Assembly: GCA_032718475.1 (NCBI GenBank)
Contig: JAUCBJ010000548.1
Coordinates: 1 to 64,000 of the forward strand
Reading direction: 5' to 3'
DNA from: Nemertoderma westbladi
Lineage: Eukaryota > Animalia > Xenacoelomorpha
Length of the DNA stretch: 64,000 bases
A program made the translations under genes and the position numbers. Positions 1-12,045 of the stretch are shown here, piece after piece (the stretch's first letter is position 1; each line of letters starts with the position of its first letter). The notes beneath the pieces are model-generated. The model ran no database searches. It saw only the letters and a program-made list of their open reading frames with translations, and was not told the origin of the DNA.

Positions 1-740
1 ATGTATTGGGTGCATTCAGCATATAGCTGGAAGGCAGGACCTCCGACAAATTAAAGGGATTGGGTGGGTTATGCCCTATCTCTCTGCTATGTGTGGGGTG
101 TGTATGCTTGGGCTTTCAGGGGTTCCGATGGTTTTTATTTGGTGAAGAAAGCATCTAATTATAGACGCAATTAGACATTTTCTTTTTTTTAGTGCTTTTT
201 TTTATATGCTCTTTTTTTTTTCTTGTTTTTTCTCTGTATTTTATTGCTTTAAGGCATTTTTTTTTATTTTTTACCCGACTGTAGGTGGGGTAAATAAATT
301 TGTGGCCACAGGTCAGTTTTTTTATACTAGGGTAGTGTCTTGGGGGTTCCTACTAATTTTTTTTTGTTGTTATTTTACAAGAGTTGCATATTTTAATCAT
401 TTTTTTTTTATTGGGGGAGCTAATTGAGAGCTTTCAACTTTTAGCTGAGTTTGGGGAGCAGCCATGCTAATTTGGTTTTTTTTTATATTTGAGATTTTTT
501 TTTTTGGAGTTCATGGCGCCTCTGGGTGGGTGTTTAGGTTTTTTTATAAAGCTCTCGTTTGGGTTGGGAATATTGAAATTTTTTGATTTTATTTTTTCAA
601 GTATTTTTTTTGAGTTTTTAAGTTTAGCGAGGTATTCGGCTCACAAAAATTTGTTTATTTTAGGGTCAGGTTTTTTATGGTTATGGTTTTTTTTACAGTC
701 GGGATGGTGTTTCTTTATTAGAGACTGGGTTACATTGTAG
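1..740 (+). pseudogene. nad5: NUMT: 3' part of mitochondrial NADH dehydrogenase subunit 5
   Basis: From position 2 the frame reads CIGCIQH..G.QDLRQIKGIGWVMP...LGLSGVP, matching the ND5 'G.IIH...QDIR.MGG...P...LALxGxP' region. The strand is extremely T/G-rich and Phe-rich, with frameshifts in poly-T runs, and ends at TAG 738-740. Confidence 0.75.
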
Positions 741-744
741 GGTA

Positions 745-1110
745 TAAAAAAAATATTTTTTTGAAAATATACGTTTATTTCTTCTTTTTCTAAGGGACTT
801 GTTGTAAGTTATTTTACCCCATCTAGAGTGTCGTATATGTGAAATTACGGGGTCTCTCTTGGGTTTATTTTTATGGTGCAGTTTGCAACTGGAGTGTTTC
901 TATCTTGTCATTATGCGAGAAGTGATATTCTAGCGTTTAGTTCGGTTGTGTATATTTCACGAGATGTAAATTTTGGATGAATTCTACGGGATATTCACTC
1001 TAATGGGGCTTCTTTTTTTTTTTTTTGTATGTATGTTCATATAATACGCGGTCTGTATTTTGGTTCTTTTTTCAACATTTTTGTTTGGTACATTGGAATT
1101 CTTTTTTTTT
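745..1110 (+). pseudogene. cob: NUMT: 5' part of mitochondrial cytochrome b
   Basis: SYMW(TGA)NY-G-SLLG, VQFATGVFLSCHYA and AFSSVVYISRDVNFGW(TGA)[29 protein letters not shown] are diagnostic cytb motifs with TGA=Trp. There are homopolymer frameshifts, and the gene is truncated at about 1110. Confidence 0.92.
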
Positions 1111-2170
1111 TGAAAGGTCCATAGCTTCCCCTTACTCTTTTCGAATGTGTTGTTTGTTGGTATCAATTCACATTCTTCCATTAGGTCTACAAGTAAGTAC
1201 CCATTTCTGTTAGAACTGGTGTTATAGGTGTAACCCTTGATGTCTTCTGGGCCAATTTGCGCATTCAGATCACCAGCAATGACTTTAACATTGTGTTTCG
1301 GGATGTCCTTAATAAGTCCAGTCAGTTCTTCATAAAACTTGACTGCTTGTTCTGGCTCTGATGCATTGGTAGCAACATATAACTGTTGTCTTGGGATTCC
1401 CATCAAATGTTGCGATCATAACCCTGGAATTTATAAATTCGATGTTGCAAATGGGCTTAGCAGAATTCCTACTCCACCAATTGATGCATTGGCCGAGTTT
1501 CTTACTGCTGAGCTTGTTACTAACGTCCAATCATTTCCAATGTCATTGTACTTCATGGCAATGTCTTCATGACAAATCCGATGTTCTTGGATGCAGATGA
1601 TGTTGATGTTATATTCCATTGCCAGAGCGACCATGTCACCCTGTTTGCTCTGTGCTTTCAGCGTGCGTGCGTTCATTGTAGCAATCTTTAGTGTCTTTTT
1701 ACATTTCAACAGGTTGGTTCTTCTTTCTTCTCTGTCTTCTGTTCCAGTAGCCAATTTATCGACCCCAGCCTGGTGTACCACTGAGGGACGCGGTCCTTGT
1801 TGACCCGGGCGACGACCGAGCCGGTATTTCTCCTGGAGGGTTCACATACTCATATCTTTCAGTTGCGGGAGTAAACCGCTTGTGGTCGCAACTCCTACAA
1901 GCGTCTACGCAGTAGGTCGCCGTTGGTTGATTACCTTCCGCCGACCTTGTCAGCATTTCTAGCCGTTGGTTGATTACCTTCCGCCTATCCATGGCCTACA
2001 GCCCTGCTGCCGACTGTAGGGGTCGATTTGTTACACCCTGAACCAAGTGTGCCTCCTGGGTTAGGTTACCTAACACTGGTAGAGGAGCATCCAGTATAGA
2101 CAGGGTGGGGCTTGTATCATCTCTAATGCAGATGCGTGTCAAGCCTTTGCCTTCAATGGTGCCCTAGGCG
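1110..2170 (-). mobile_element. LINE fragment (RTE-like), 5' region with AP-endonuclease, frameshifted and 3'-truncated
   Basis: ORFs 1431-1781, 1330-1530 and 984-1406 (-) carry LKIATMNARTL, IICIQEHR, GGVGILLS, VIAGDLNAQIG, NRNGYLLVDL and KLWTF, which are APE-domain motifs of LINE ORF2. The right boundary is approximate. Confidence 0.85.
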
Positions 2171-3640
2171 CTATAGCCCTCAATTTTTTTCAAACTTTAT
2201 TTTAAATTAATTAATTGTATTACTTTTACTTTATACATTGATTTCTATTTTTAGATTAATTAGTTTTTATATTACCAATGAGATCACTATGACATAATGT
2301 CTATATTTATCTTTATAATGTCTATGGTATACGGCTCCCAACTGGCAACTAATTACTCTATCGCATCCCACGTGCAACATTTCAGTGAGGCAACTATAAA
2401 CTACGCTCATCGGCGGGCCCCCTCCTCTGCCGTCGTTATTCATTAAGTAGATATGACACGGTCTCTACTGTATTGAATCTACACGTATACCCCCATGGCA
2501 AATATATATCAGCGGCCCCCTCCGCTAGCAGCCCCTTTGATGACTCACTAATAATCCCAGTGCGGCCTTGACTACACCAAATCCGTATATCGCCCGAGGC
2601 TAATGTTCCAATGGCCCTCCTTTGTTCTCACTATAGCCGGCATCACTTGGGTCCTTTCCTATATCCAGGCATCCCGTATCATAACAATGAAGCGCCTCTA
2701 AACACGCATTCCTCCCTACTAATCCCATTCCTATGCAACGGACCTATTTACTAAAACGCTCTCTCCGAGAAGGCATCTCTCTCCCGCAGCAAACACACCT
2801 TAATCTATTTCACCCCCCAGGAAAAGGTTATCTCAACAAACTATTAAAGAGAAAATTATCGCAGCCATTAATAGTATCGGACCCTAAAAGGGATAAACCA
2901 AACGTTATTTTCGGAGACCAGCAACCCTATTAATATAAACAGTCTCTATTTAATAAAAACTGTTCTGAGTAGTATATATTACTAGCCCCCCACATCAAAG
3001 TCACCCATAGCCCATCATTACCATCCATTTCTACTCCTTCCTCCAATCAGAAGCCACCATTTCAACCATTAGCAGTGGTCGTTATTATTTCAACCAATCA
3101 GATGTCAGCATTTCAACCGTAACCATGGTAACTTCTTATGTTCCCGCATCTTCCGTTAGAGGTGTTATTAGTCACCCAACGCTACTCCTTCCTCCAATCA
3201 TAAGCCTTTGCCTTACAGACGCTAGGGGTGTCTACAGGTAACTTCTACTATTTTTCAAATCGCATTTTTTCAGCAACCAGTATTTTCATATTCACCAACC
3301 TTTATTTTACAGACGCTAGAGGTGTCTACAGGTAACTTTTACTATTTTTCATTTCGCTATTTTTCACCAGTAACTAAATTTAATTTTGCAATTTTTCAGA
3401 TAACAAAATATTCAACCGGATTCGAACTCGGGACCGTTATAACTCCCCACAATTCACCAATCACTCTTCCATCCAACCTCGAGAGAAAAAGGCGATAAAT
3501 ATCTGACTTATACCGTAGCCTGACCTATTTTGCTTCATTTACTGTTATTATTTACTTTCTATTGGTTACATGTGACACGTGTTCTTAGTTGATTGGTTGT
3601 ATATATATATATAAAATGATCTATATATATATATGAATCA

Positions 3641-3822
3641 TGTGGCAACCCGCATACATAACACATGTAATATACAGTCCCGAAACTTTGTTATTACGGT
3701 TACCTAGCAACCCTAGAGATTTTAGCCTAGGCCCACCTACATAATGGTACAACAGGACTGCAGTATGCCATCAGCGAACTTGAATCCGACTTGAATCCGA
3801 GTTTTTCATACGTTTTTATTTC
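3641..3822 (+). repeat. Gypsy 5' LTR (diverged, appears 3'-truncated)
   Basis: Matches 7745-7923 up to ...TTTTTATTTCG, then lacks the GTGGCTAGACGCCATCTCCACA end and any TGG PBS. Confidence 0.85.
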
Positions 3823-3891
3823 GCAACACGCAGACACGATTGACGATCCTGCAAGCAAACTGGAACTGCCACCGAAACTGTGTTGACGACA

Positions 3892-4596
3892 ATGGCCGAA
3901 GCGACCGCCAACGCCGTTTCTATTAAACTGCCTCCATTCTGGACCACCCAACCCGAGGTGTGGTTCGCCCAGGCGGAGGCGCAGTTCCACATTCGTAGCA
4001 TCACCGAGGACACTACAAAATATTATTACGTGGTGGGGGCCCTCGACCAGGAGACAGCCGCTCGCCTCCTAAAACTCATCCGGAACCCTCCCGCTACTGA
4101 GAAGTACCTCAAACTCAAGGGCCAACTTCTCAAAGCCTTCGGGCTCTCCCGACGCGAGCGCGCAGCCCGACTCTGGGACCTCGACGGCCTCGGTGACCGG
4201 CGCCCCTCGCAACTCCTCGGAGAAATGCAGGCGCTCCTCGGCGACGACAACGCGGGACTCCTCTTCGAGGAGGCCTTCCTCCGGCAGATGCCCGCCGCAA
4301 TCCGCCTCCAACTCGCGGAGGAGGACTTCCGCGACCTCGACAGGGTTGCGGACCGGGCCGACGCGCTGTGGGAGGCCTCCCGGCAGACCTCACTCGCGGC
4401 CCACGCCGTCAGGAAACCGACGCCGGTCCCGCCGCAGCGAACCGGCAAGAACTCCTCGTCGGCGTCGACTCCCGCCCCGCGGGCCCCGAACTCGAACCCG
4501 GACTGGTGCTATTATCACCAGACGTTCGGCCCCACAGCCAGGAAGTGCCGCCCGCCCTGCAGTTACCAGGGAAACGCCCCGGCCGGCCGTTTGTAG
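3892..4596 (+). CDS. gag: Gypsy Gag
   Basis: KLPPFW...[13 protein letters not shown]-terminus and C-terminal CYYHQTFG...KCRPPC motif are typical of small Gypsy gags. ATG at 3892. Confidence 0.9.
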   Translation: MAEATANAVSIKLPPFWTTQPEVWFAQAEAQFHIRSITEDTTKYYYVVGALDQETAARLLKLIRNPPATEKYLKLKGQLLKAFGLSRRERAARLWDLDGLGDRRPSQLLGEMQALLGDDNAGLLFEEAFLRQMPAAIRLQLAEEDFRDLDRVADRADALWEASRQTSLAAHAVRKPTPVPPQRTGKNSSSASTPAPRAPNSNPDWCYYHQTFGPTARKCRPPCSYQGNAPAGRL

Positions 4597-4613
4597 CAGC
4601 TGCAACGGCCGGC
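4569..4613 (+). promoter_or_regulatory. -1 programmed ribosomal frameshift signal
   Basis: Slippery heptamer G GGA AAC (4569-4575) is in the gag frame and pol is in the -1 frame. Five nt downstream is a long GC stem, GGCCGGCCGTT...ACGGCCGGCC (4581-4613). Confidence 0.85.
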
Positions 4614-7600
4614 CACACCGACCTGCTGCTGTTTGCCTGGGACCGCGTTTCCGGGCAACGCTTCTTGGTCGACACCGGGGCGGAGGTGAGCGTTATTCCC
4701 GCGACGACTCGCGAGGAACGTTCGGGACAGAGCGGGCCGCCCCTCCTCGCCGCCAACAAAACGTACATTCGAACGTACGGCGACCGCTCCGTCAAACTCG
4801 ACTTCCACTCCCGCCGGTTCCAGTGGAAGTTTATCGCGGCCGACGTCGCCCAGCCTCTCCTCGGTGCCGACTTCCTCCGAGCGAACAACATGTTGGTCGA
4901 CCTGAGAGGCCGCCGTCTGGTCGACGCCGAGACGTTGACCTCGATCCCGTGCGGGCGGACTACGGGCCACGCCCCCCACCTCGGTTCGGTCACCGCCTCG
5001 GACGACGAGTTCGCTCGGCTCCTCGCCGAGTTCCCCGATATTACGATCCCTCGGTTCTCCGACCCCACCGCGAAACACGGGGTCGAACATTACATCCCCA
5101 CCGAGGGACCCCCGGTCTACTCCCGCGCCCGTCGTCTGCCTCCAGACAAACTCGAGATCGCGCGGGACGAGTTCCGGAAGATGGAGGAGATGGGGATCAT
5201 CCGCCGGTCCAACAGTCCCTGGGCGTCGCCCCTCCACATGGCCCCTAAACCCTCGGGTGGATGGCGGCCGTGTGGCGACTACCGACGCCTCAACGACGCC
5301 ACGACTCCGGACCGGTACCCCATCCCCCATATCCAGGACTTCTCCTCCAGACTGGCTGGGGCGAAGATCTTTTCTAAGATCGATCTGGTGCGCGGCTACC
5401 ACCAGATCCCCGTAACCGAGGCCGACATCGCCAAGACCGCGGTTATAACCCCGTTCGGCCTGTTTGAATTCCTTCGAATGCCGTTCGGGCTGAAGAACGC
5501 GGCCCAGGCCTTCCAGAGACTGATGGACACGGTGTGCCAGGGACTCGACTTCCTCTTCGTCTACCTAGACGACGTCCTCGTCGCGAGTCGGTCCCCCAAG
5601 GAACACCGTGACCACCTCCGTCAGCTCTTCACGCGCCTCCAAGAACACGGCCTCGTGATCAACCTCGCCAAGTGCGAGTTCGGTCGGTCGACCATCGACT
5701 TCCTCGGCCACCGAATCTCGGCCCACGGCGCCGTCCCGCTCCCCGACAAGGTCGCCGCCATCCGGGAGTTCACCCAACCGACCACCGTCAAGGGCCTGCA
5801 GGAGTTCGTGGGGATGGTGAACTTCTATCATCGGTTCGTCCCCGCGGCCGCCGCCATCATGCGGCCCCTCTACGCGGCCCTTGCCGGTAAACCCAAGTCC
5901 CTCGACTGGACCCCCGACATGGCGGCGGCGTTCCGGAACGCCAAGGAAGCCCTCGCCAACGCCACGATGCTCGCCCACCCCAACGCCAACGCACCGACGG
6001 CGCTCACCGTGGACGCATCCGGCACGGCGGTGGGCGCCGTTCTAGAACAGCTCGTCGGCGACTCGTGGCGCCCCCTGGCGTTCTTCAGCCGCCAACTTCG
6101 ACCCCCGGAGGTGAAGTACAGCGCGTTCGACCGGGAACTCCTCGCGCTGTACCTCGCTGTTCGCCACTTCCGGTACTACCTGGAGGGCCGCGTATTCACC
6201 GCCTACACAGACCACAAACCCCTGACGTTCGCATTCGCCAAGATCAGCGACCCGTGGTCGAATCGGCAACAACGACACATCGCCTACATTTCCGAGTTTA
6301 CCACGGCGATCAAACACGTCGCCGGCAAAGACAACTGTGTGGCGGATGCGCTCTCCAGGACTACCGTCAGCGCGGTTCGAACCCTCCTCCCCGGCCTCGA
6401 CTACACGGCTATGGCGGCTGCCCAACTCGCCGACCCCGAGCTGCCAACCTACCGCTCCGCCGTGTCCGGCCTCCAACTGGAAGACGTCCCGCTCGGCCCC
6501 GCCAACGCCACTCTACTTTGCGACGTTTCTCTCGGACACCCGCGCCCCGTCGTCCCCGTCGCCTGGCGACGGCGCGTTTTCGACGCCCTACACGGCCTGT
6601 CTCACCCCGGCGCTCGTACCACCAAGAAACTCGTCGCCGACAGGTTCGTGTGGCACGGCCTCCGCAAAGAGGTGGGCGAGTGGGCGAAGACCTGCGTCCC
6701 TTGCCAGTCTTCCAAGGTGCAACGCCACGTCCGCGCGCCCCTCGGCACCTTCGCCAACCCCCACCGCCGGTTCGACCACATCCACGTGGATCTGGTCGGC
6801 CCTCTACCACCATCGCGCGGGTTCACTCACCTGCTAACGATGGTAGACCGGTTCACTCGGTGGCCAGAGGCCGTGCCTCTCAACCAGACCTCCACCGAGA
6901 CTTGCGCCCGGGCTCTCATCTCCAACTGGATATCTCGGTTCGGCGTCCCCGCGGATCTCTCCTCCGACCGCGGTTCGCAGTTTACCTCCCAGCTCTGGTC
7001 CGCCGTCAACCAGCTGCTGGGCACCCAACTGCACCGCACCACGGCCTACCACCCGCAGGCGAACGGACTGGTGGAACGTTTCCACCGCCACCTAAAGTCC
7101 GCCCTGCGGGCCTCGCTCACCGGCCCCGATTGGGTCGACGAGTTGCCGTGGGTCCTCCTCGGAATCCGGACCGCTCCCAAGGACGACTTGGGGACCTCCT
7201 CCGCCGAGCTGGTCTACGGTGCCCCCCTCACCGTCCCGGGCGAGTTCCTTCCGCCGGCTACGGGCGCCCAGCACTCGCCGTCTACGATCCTCCCCCAACT
7301 CCGGGATACGGTCGGGCGGTTCGCTCCGGTACCGACGTCACGCCACGGATTGACTCCGTCGTCGGTTCCACCGGACCTCCACGACGCTACCTACGTTTTC
7401 GTCCGGCGCGACGCCCACCGGACGCCATTCGAACGCCCCTACGAGGGGCCTTACAAGGTCCTCACCCCCGGACCCAAAACATTTAAGATCGAGATGGGCG
7501 GTCGAACTGAAACGATTTCAGTCGACCGACTCAAACCGGCCCATCTCGATTTTGCCGAGCCGGTCGTCCTCGGCCAACCGCGGCGCCGAGGTCGACCCCC

Positions 7601-7718
7601 GAACGCACCTCCGGTACCTCCTACACCGCCGGTACTAACGCAAAGACCACCAACCCCAGCCCAACCGCCCGTACAAACTCGATCGGGCCGGACGGTCCGT
7701 CCACCCGAATATCTATAA
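4569..7718 (+). CDS. pol: Gypsy Pol (PR-RT-RNaseH-IN), uninterrupted
   Basis: FLVDTGA protease; RMPFGLKNA and YLDD RT; VDAS...[10 protein letters not shown]...TDHKPL RNase H; HHCC plus [22 protein letters not shown] integrase; GPY motif. Confidence 0.97.
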   Translation, partial: GKRPGRPFVAAATAGHTDLLLFAWDRVSGQRFLVDTGAEVSVIPATTREERSGQSGPPLLAANKTYIRTYGDRSVKLDFHSRRFQWKFIAADVAQPLLGADFLRANNMLVDLRGRRLVDAETLTSIPCGRTTGHAPHLGSVTASDDEFARLLAEFPDITIPRFSDPTAKHGVEHYIPTEGPPVYSRARRLPPDKLEIARDEFRKMEEMGIIRRSNSPWASPLHMAPKPSGGWRPCGDYRRLNDATTPDRYPIPHIQDFSSRLAGAKIFSKIDLVRGYHQIPVTEADIAKTAVITPFGLFEFLRMPFGLKNAAQAFQRLMDTVCQGLDFLFVYLDDVLVASRSPKEHRDHLRQLFTRLQEHGLVINLAKCEFGRSTIDFLGHRISAHGAVPLPDKVAAIREFTQPTTVKGLQEFVGMVNFYHRFVPAAAAIMRPLYAALAGKPKSLDWTPDMAAAFRNAKEALANATMLAHPNANAPTALTVDASGTAVGAVLEQLVGDSWRPLAFFSRQLRPPEVKYSAFDRELLALYLAVRHFRYYLEGRVFTAYTDHKPLTFAFAKISDPWSNRQQRHIAYISEFTTAIKHVAGKDNCVADALSRTTVSAVRTLLPGLDYTAMAAAQLADPELPTYRSAVSGLQLEDVPLGPANATLLCDVSLGHPRPVVPVAWRRRVFDALHGLSHPGARTTKKLVADRFVWHGLRKEVGEWAKTCVPCQSSKVQRHVRAPLGTFANPHRRFDHIHVDLVGPLPPSRGFTHLLTMVDRFTRWPEAVPLNQTSTETCARALISNWISRFGVPADLSSDRGSQFTSQLWSAVNQLLGTQLHRTTAYHPQANGLVERFHRHLKSALRASLTGPDWVDELPWVLLGIRTAPKDDLGTSSAELVYGAPLTVPGEFLPPATGAQHSPSTILPQLRDTVGRFAPVPTSRHGLTPSSVPPDLHDATYVFVRRDAHRTPFERPYEGPYKVLTPGPKTFKIEMGGRTETISVDRLKPAHLDFAEPVVLGQPRRRGRPPNAPPVPPTPPVLTQRPPTPAQPPVQTRSGRTVRPPEYL

Positions 7719-7744
7719 TACGTTTCGAGACTGGGGGGGGGTCA

Positions 7745-7944
7745 TGTGGCAACCCGCATACATAACACATGTAATATACAGTCCCGAAACTTTGTTATTA
7801 CGGTTGCCTAGCAACCCGAGAGATTGAGTCTAGGCCCACCTACATAATGGTACAACAGGACTGCAGTATGCCATCAGCGATCGCTCGAACTTGAATCCGA
7901 GATTTTCATACGTTTTTATTTCGTGGCTAGACGCCATCTCCACA
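7745..7944 (+). repeat. Gypsy 3' LTR
   Basis: TGTGG...CCACA terminal inverted repeat, preceded by the PPT. Confidence 0.85.
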
Positions 7945-7949
7945 CAGCC

Positions 7950-8110
7950 TCATTATTTTGAAATATGGATTTTTTATAAAGGATTTCTTAGACTTTATTT
8001 TGGTCGAGTCATTTTAATAACGGATAAGACGGCTATAATAGACATTCACAACAAACCAACGAAAGTCACGATAGATCTAGTGAAACCTGCTAATTTACTG
8101 TGTACTTGCT
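7950..8110 (+). pseudogene. Old Gypsy integrase C-terminal remnant
   Basis: KTAIIDIHNKPTKVTIDLVKPA resembles the 'KTF.I...GR...VSIDRLKPA' tail of Gypsy integrases. Confidence 0.5.
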
Positions 8111-9379
8111 TATTGTGTATTCTACCCACCAGCAGATATCGAAACTGAAATCTACAAACAAAGACATGCAGAATCAACCAATTCGCATCCACCGTGTACA
8201 TGTAGAAATTCAGCAGTGCTAAAGTAAAATTGTTAGTAGAAATGAATATACAAATTGCGAATAGACAGGTTTTTGTCGACAATCCCGGATGACCCTGGCT
8301 GTCATGGATACACCGCCATTCGGTCTGGGCAGTCTAAACTCTCTCATTGAGATGATCCCAGCATGTCAACATCATAAATAAATTTATAACAAAATACATT
8401 TTTACCGCTTATATTTTTAGTAATTGTATAATTTGTTGAAAAATTTCATTCTTAATTTGTGTATTTAAGTGTCCATATTAATTGACATTCTTTAATATTT
8501 TCTTTAATGTTAATTAATATCCTTTGATATTTTTAAATCGTTTACATTGATTATTGTTAGGTATATTTGTGATTTTAGTCTCGTGCGCTCTTTGAGTTTT
8601 CCGTGGTCTAATTTCATAACCAAAAATTATTAAAATTACAATTACAATATTCCAACAAGACTGACTGACGATCTACGATTAATTCTAAAATAAAAAATAG
8701 TCATAAATTAAAAACTGAGAAAAACAAAGTTAGATTTAAACTGACAAATAATTTATTATTTAATAATAATATAATGTAATGTAAATAAAGTAACGTGTGT
8801 GATGTGGTGTGTTGTAGGTATATGAGCTGTGATGTGTTTGAAAGATGTAAGTACAGTATATGCATATACCAATATTGAGAAATACAGAATTAATTTTCCA
8901 CACTCAAATAATGTGTAGAACATAAATAAACTTCTTACAGTGGCAATAAAAAAAATTGTCTCCAGCAACGGTTAAGACAATTCATCTGATTGCTTCCATA
9001 TATTTTAGTAAAAAAATTACTGCTGGAAATTAACAAAAGGTACATGCAACAATGCAACATGCAACAACAAGCACATTAAAATTAAACTTACATCACCGGA
9101 ATCTCCATCATATAGCACTTCTTATGACCACTTTCATTTCAGTCACACCTCACATGTTTGCTGCAGACGATTATGTAAAGTTAGTTATTCAAGTACACTC
9201 AATGCAATTGTTAAATTGTTTTTTAAATATATTATTATACAACCAGAAATTTATGATTGAGCGGGAAATTCAAATTTTTTTATTCAGAATAATAATATTA
9301 TACAGGGTTTTACGGTAGGCCTAATACAGTAATAGTTTAGTGTGATGCACCCCATTGGACCTGTAATCTAGAAGTCTAG

Positions 9380-10510
9380 AACTGGTTTGCCAGCCCGTTG
9401 CCACCCAGACCAGCCCCGTCTCCAAACCCCAACCCACTCCAGGAGCGACGGCTACCCCGGAGGCAGAGGGAATTGGACTGGAGGAGTGCGAACTGCAGCC
9501 ACCGGCGAACACCCCCCAACACGCACGCGAGACCCCTCTCATGCATACTGCCCCGTCTCGACACAAGTGTCTCAGCAAGGTGGCATATAAGAATCTGGGC
9601 CTCGGTACACCAGACACCATCTGTGGTGCCGACAAGAGGGCTGAACGCCATCCTCCGGTCTTCGCAGCCGGTTTGGTAGTGCAGCTTCTTTAGCTAACTG
9701 AGTCCGTTCCACATGGACTCAGTGGAACGGTTGGCCGGAGCTTATGAGATGGTGTCTACATTTATTATCGCGATATCGAACGACGCCACTCTCATGGTTA
9801 GCCCAGACTCCCCGCGCAACCAAATCCACTCGCACTCCTAACATCACATCCTTCTCTGTCCAAATAACCCCGGGACAGGGTTACCTCCAACTCAATGCTC
9901 GATGCCCCGAATGTAGAGGCCAGTAGGTCGCCGAATACGCCGCGCACCTCATCGTGGCGTTTTACAATTAGGCCATCGGATTTGCAACTTGATGCAGGGG
10001 AGGTTGTGAATGGCCCCCCACTGCCCTCACATTTGGAAGGAAGGCCCGGCGGGACGAGGCAATACCAGAGGGCCAGATTATCCCTAAATTCCTCTGCAAT
10101 AAGGCCAGTTGCATTGCAGATACTGGGCTGGGCAGTCAACCAACCACCGGTTTTGTTCTGTACCACTCGTTCCACAGGTCTGCGTCGGCCTGCAAACTGG
10201 CGTTGTGGTCGGCTACATGGAGGGGTGGCATTGCCTGGATCGTATTTATTGTAACCGAAGTCCCCTCTAAGGAAGCGGAGCATGCTGGGTTCTGCTGCAT
10301 GGTGGGGTATCGCAGTCCAATACCTCCATGACGAGCCGGTAGAATAATAAATTCTTCATCAGCCCGATCCAGACAAGAACTACCAAAGAGTGCAGGTGTA
10401 AACATCCATAGTATCACTGTCCAGATGGGGGTGATTTCCTCTACATTGGTGGGGACAACTCGCAGGAGGTAATCCCATTATGCCCGTATACACCGGGACA
10501 GCCTGGTGTG
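9380..10510 (-). mobile_element. Degraded CRE-like (RLE-bearing) non-LTR retrotransposon fragment
   Basis: LPARHGGIGL, GGWLTAQP, FRDNLAL.Y, a C..G..F....SC...G....RHDEVR zinc/RLE region and RAD motif, spread over several frames. Confidence 0.7.
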
Positions 10511-10970
10511 TGCAGTCTGGTGGGCTTGGTGGTGGTGGGCTGGGCCTGGTATTTGTGGGTGGCGGTGGGCTGGGTAGTGGTGGGCCAGGCCCAGTGTTTG
10601 TGGGTGGCAATGCATTGTGCCCAGGGTTGGTAGGTGGTGGTGGGTTGGGTTGGGGGGCGGCGGTGGGCTGGGCCCGGGGTTTGTGGGCTGGGCCTGGTAT
10701 TTGTGGGTGGCGGTGGGCTCGGTAGTGGTGGACCAGGCCCAGTGTTGGTGGGTGGCAATGCGTTGTGCCCAGGGTTGGGGGGCGGTGGTGGGCTGGGCCC
10801 GGGGTTGGTGGGCTGGGCCCAGTAGTGGTGGGTGGCCATGGGCTGGGTGGTGGTGGGCTGGGCCCGGTGTTGGTGGGCAGAGGTGGGCTGGGCCCGGTGT
10901 TGGTGGGCAGAGGTGGGCTGGGCCCGGTGTTGGTGGGTGGTGCTGGGTTGGGTTTGGTGTTGGTTGGTGA
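10510..10970 (+). repeat. G-rich degenerate minisatellite (GGTGGGCTGGGCCCGGTGTT-like units)
   Basis: Recurrent GGGCTGGGCCC/GGTGGTGGG units with a 30-bp period at 10850-10940. A homologous array lies at about 62045-62480. Confidence 0.85.
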
Positions 10971-11979
10971 TTGTAAACAGGGTACAGCCTCTCATAGGTC
11001 ATCAATCATTAAATTTATTTTTAAAATTAATATAACTGTACAAAACTTCATTATCGTTGAGATATAGCTCACCTTTATAACTTGAAACTGGGGCTGTTCC
11101 AATTGGAATGACAGTGAGTAAAAACGTTCTGGAACAAACCACTCGAAGATCGACAATCTTATTGGTTTTGCATATAGGCCTACTAAAGGCCATGATATAC
11201 CACAGGAGCGACAGCAGCAGGTGGCCACGGCGAGCAGCCGCTGTGAACAGCGACTTTTGTTATGATACACCAGAGGAGTGGCGAGCGGCAGCAGCCATTT
11301 GTGGTGTATCATCACCCATAGAAAATTATGTGTTCTATTTTTAAAAAGTGGCCGCTCGCCGCTCCTGTGGTCATGGTGTATTATGGCCTTAACAGTCATG
11401 ATCCGGAGAATTTGGTCTCATTTTGGAAAATCCTAAATGAAGCCAGTTTGGCATCATCACTCGGATTACTGTACTGATGCTAACAATAATGCCTTCCCGA
11501 ATCAGTTAAAATATTCACTTATACTTCCAAGCAAGGTAGAATGCTATGTCGGACTATTATGATGCACTTTTAAGACAATTTTCATTTTCACATTTCTCAT
11601 ATTTTTGCTGGAGACCGTTATATAAAGTCTAGTTATTGATTATAATGATTATAATGCAAAATCTTCGGACTATTACTGTATAATTTAATAATTTAATTAT
11701 GTTCATAATTAAGACTGAGTCTCAAATAATTTGAGTAATTAATTGTCATCTTATAACAAATTTATTATGAACAAAACCATCTAAAATTTAGAAATTAAAA
11801 ATATAGAGACAGGAATACAAAGCAAGCAAAAAGTCGGCCGAGGCTGGAGGCGACCCGAAGGCTCCTCTTTCGATAGCTGCTACGCGCAGGTAGGGTTGGG
11901 AGCTACTCCTACCCCTTGTTATGCTATTAATTCAACAAGTCCTAATTTCGTCGATCCCATGGGATGAAAGGCATAGTGG

Positions 11980-12045
11980 ACCCTGGCTGGGATAACCTAC
12001 AACCAATAGATTGCAGGCCCAGCACTCAACCAACTGAGTTACCCT
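11980..12045 (-). mobile_element. tRNA-derived SINE head
   Basis: Minus strand reads GGTAACTCAGTTGGTTGAGTGCTGGGCCTGCAATC...GTAGGTT, with an A box and a degenerate B box. A better copy lies at about 63315-63380. Confidence 0.55.

Larger units (their letters stand above)
3641..7944 (+). mobile_element. Ty3/Gypsy LTR retrotransposon (about 4.3 kb)
   Basis: Short LTRs start TGTGGCAACC at 3641 and 7745. A G-run PPT (7733-7741) precedes the 3' LTR. Internal order is gag, then PR-RT-RH-IN. Confidence 0.95.

Noticed and set aside
206-740. Phe-rich ORFs as nuclear membrane proteins
   Set aside because: They are pieces of mitochondrial nad5 read in the wrong genetic code.
2300-2720. Possible ancient Gypsy integrase relic
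   Set aside because: Only faint motif echoes; too decayed to support without an alignment.
4026-7486. Many overlapping and antisense ORFs in the Gypsy element (e.g. 4193-5248, 6065-7486)
   Set aside because: Expected from high GC and stop-codon scarcity; the Arg/Pro-rich translations have no recognisable motifs.
10380-11067. Pro/Gly-rich ORFs (also 62060-62531)
   Set aside because: They are translations of a G-rich minisatellite, and the frames are not conserved between the duplicates.
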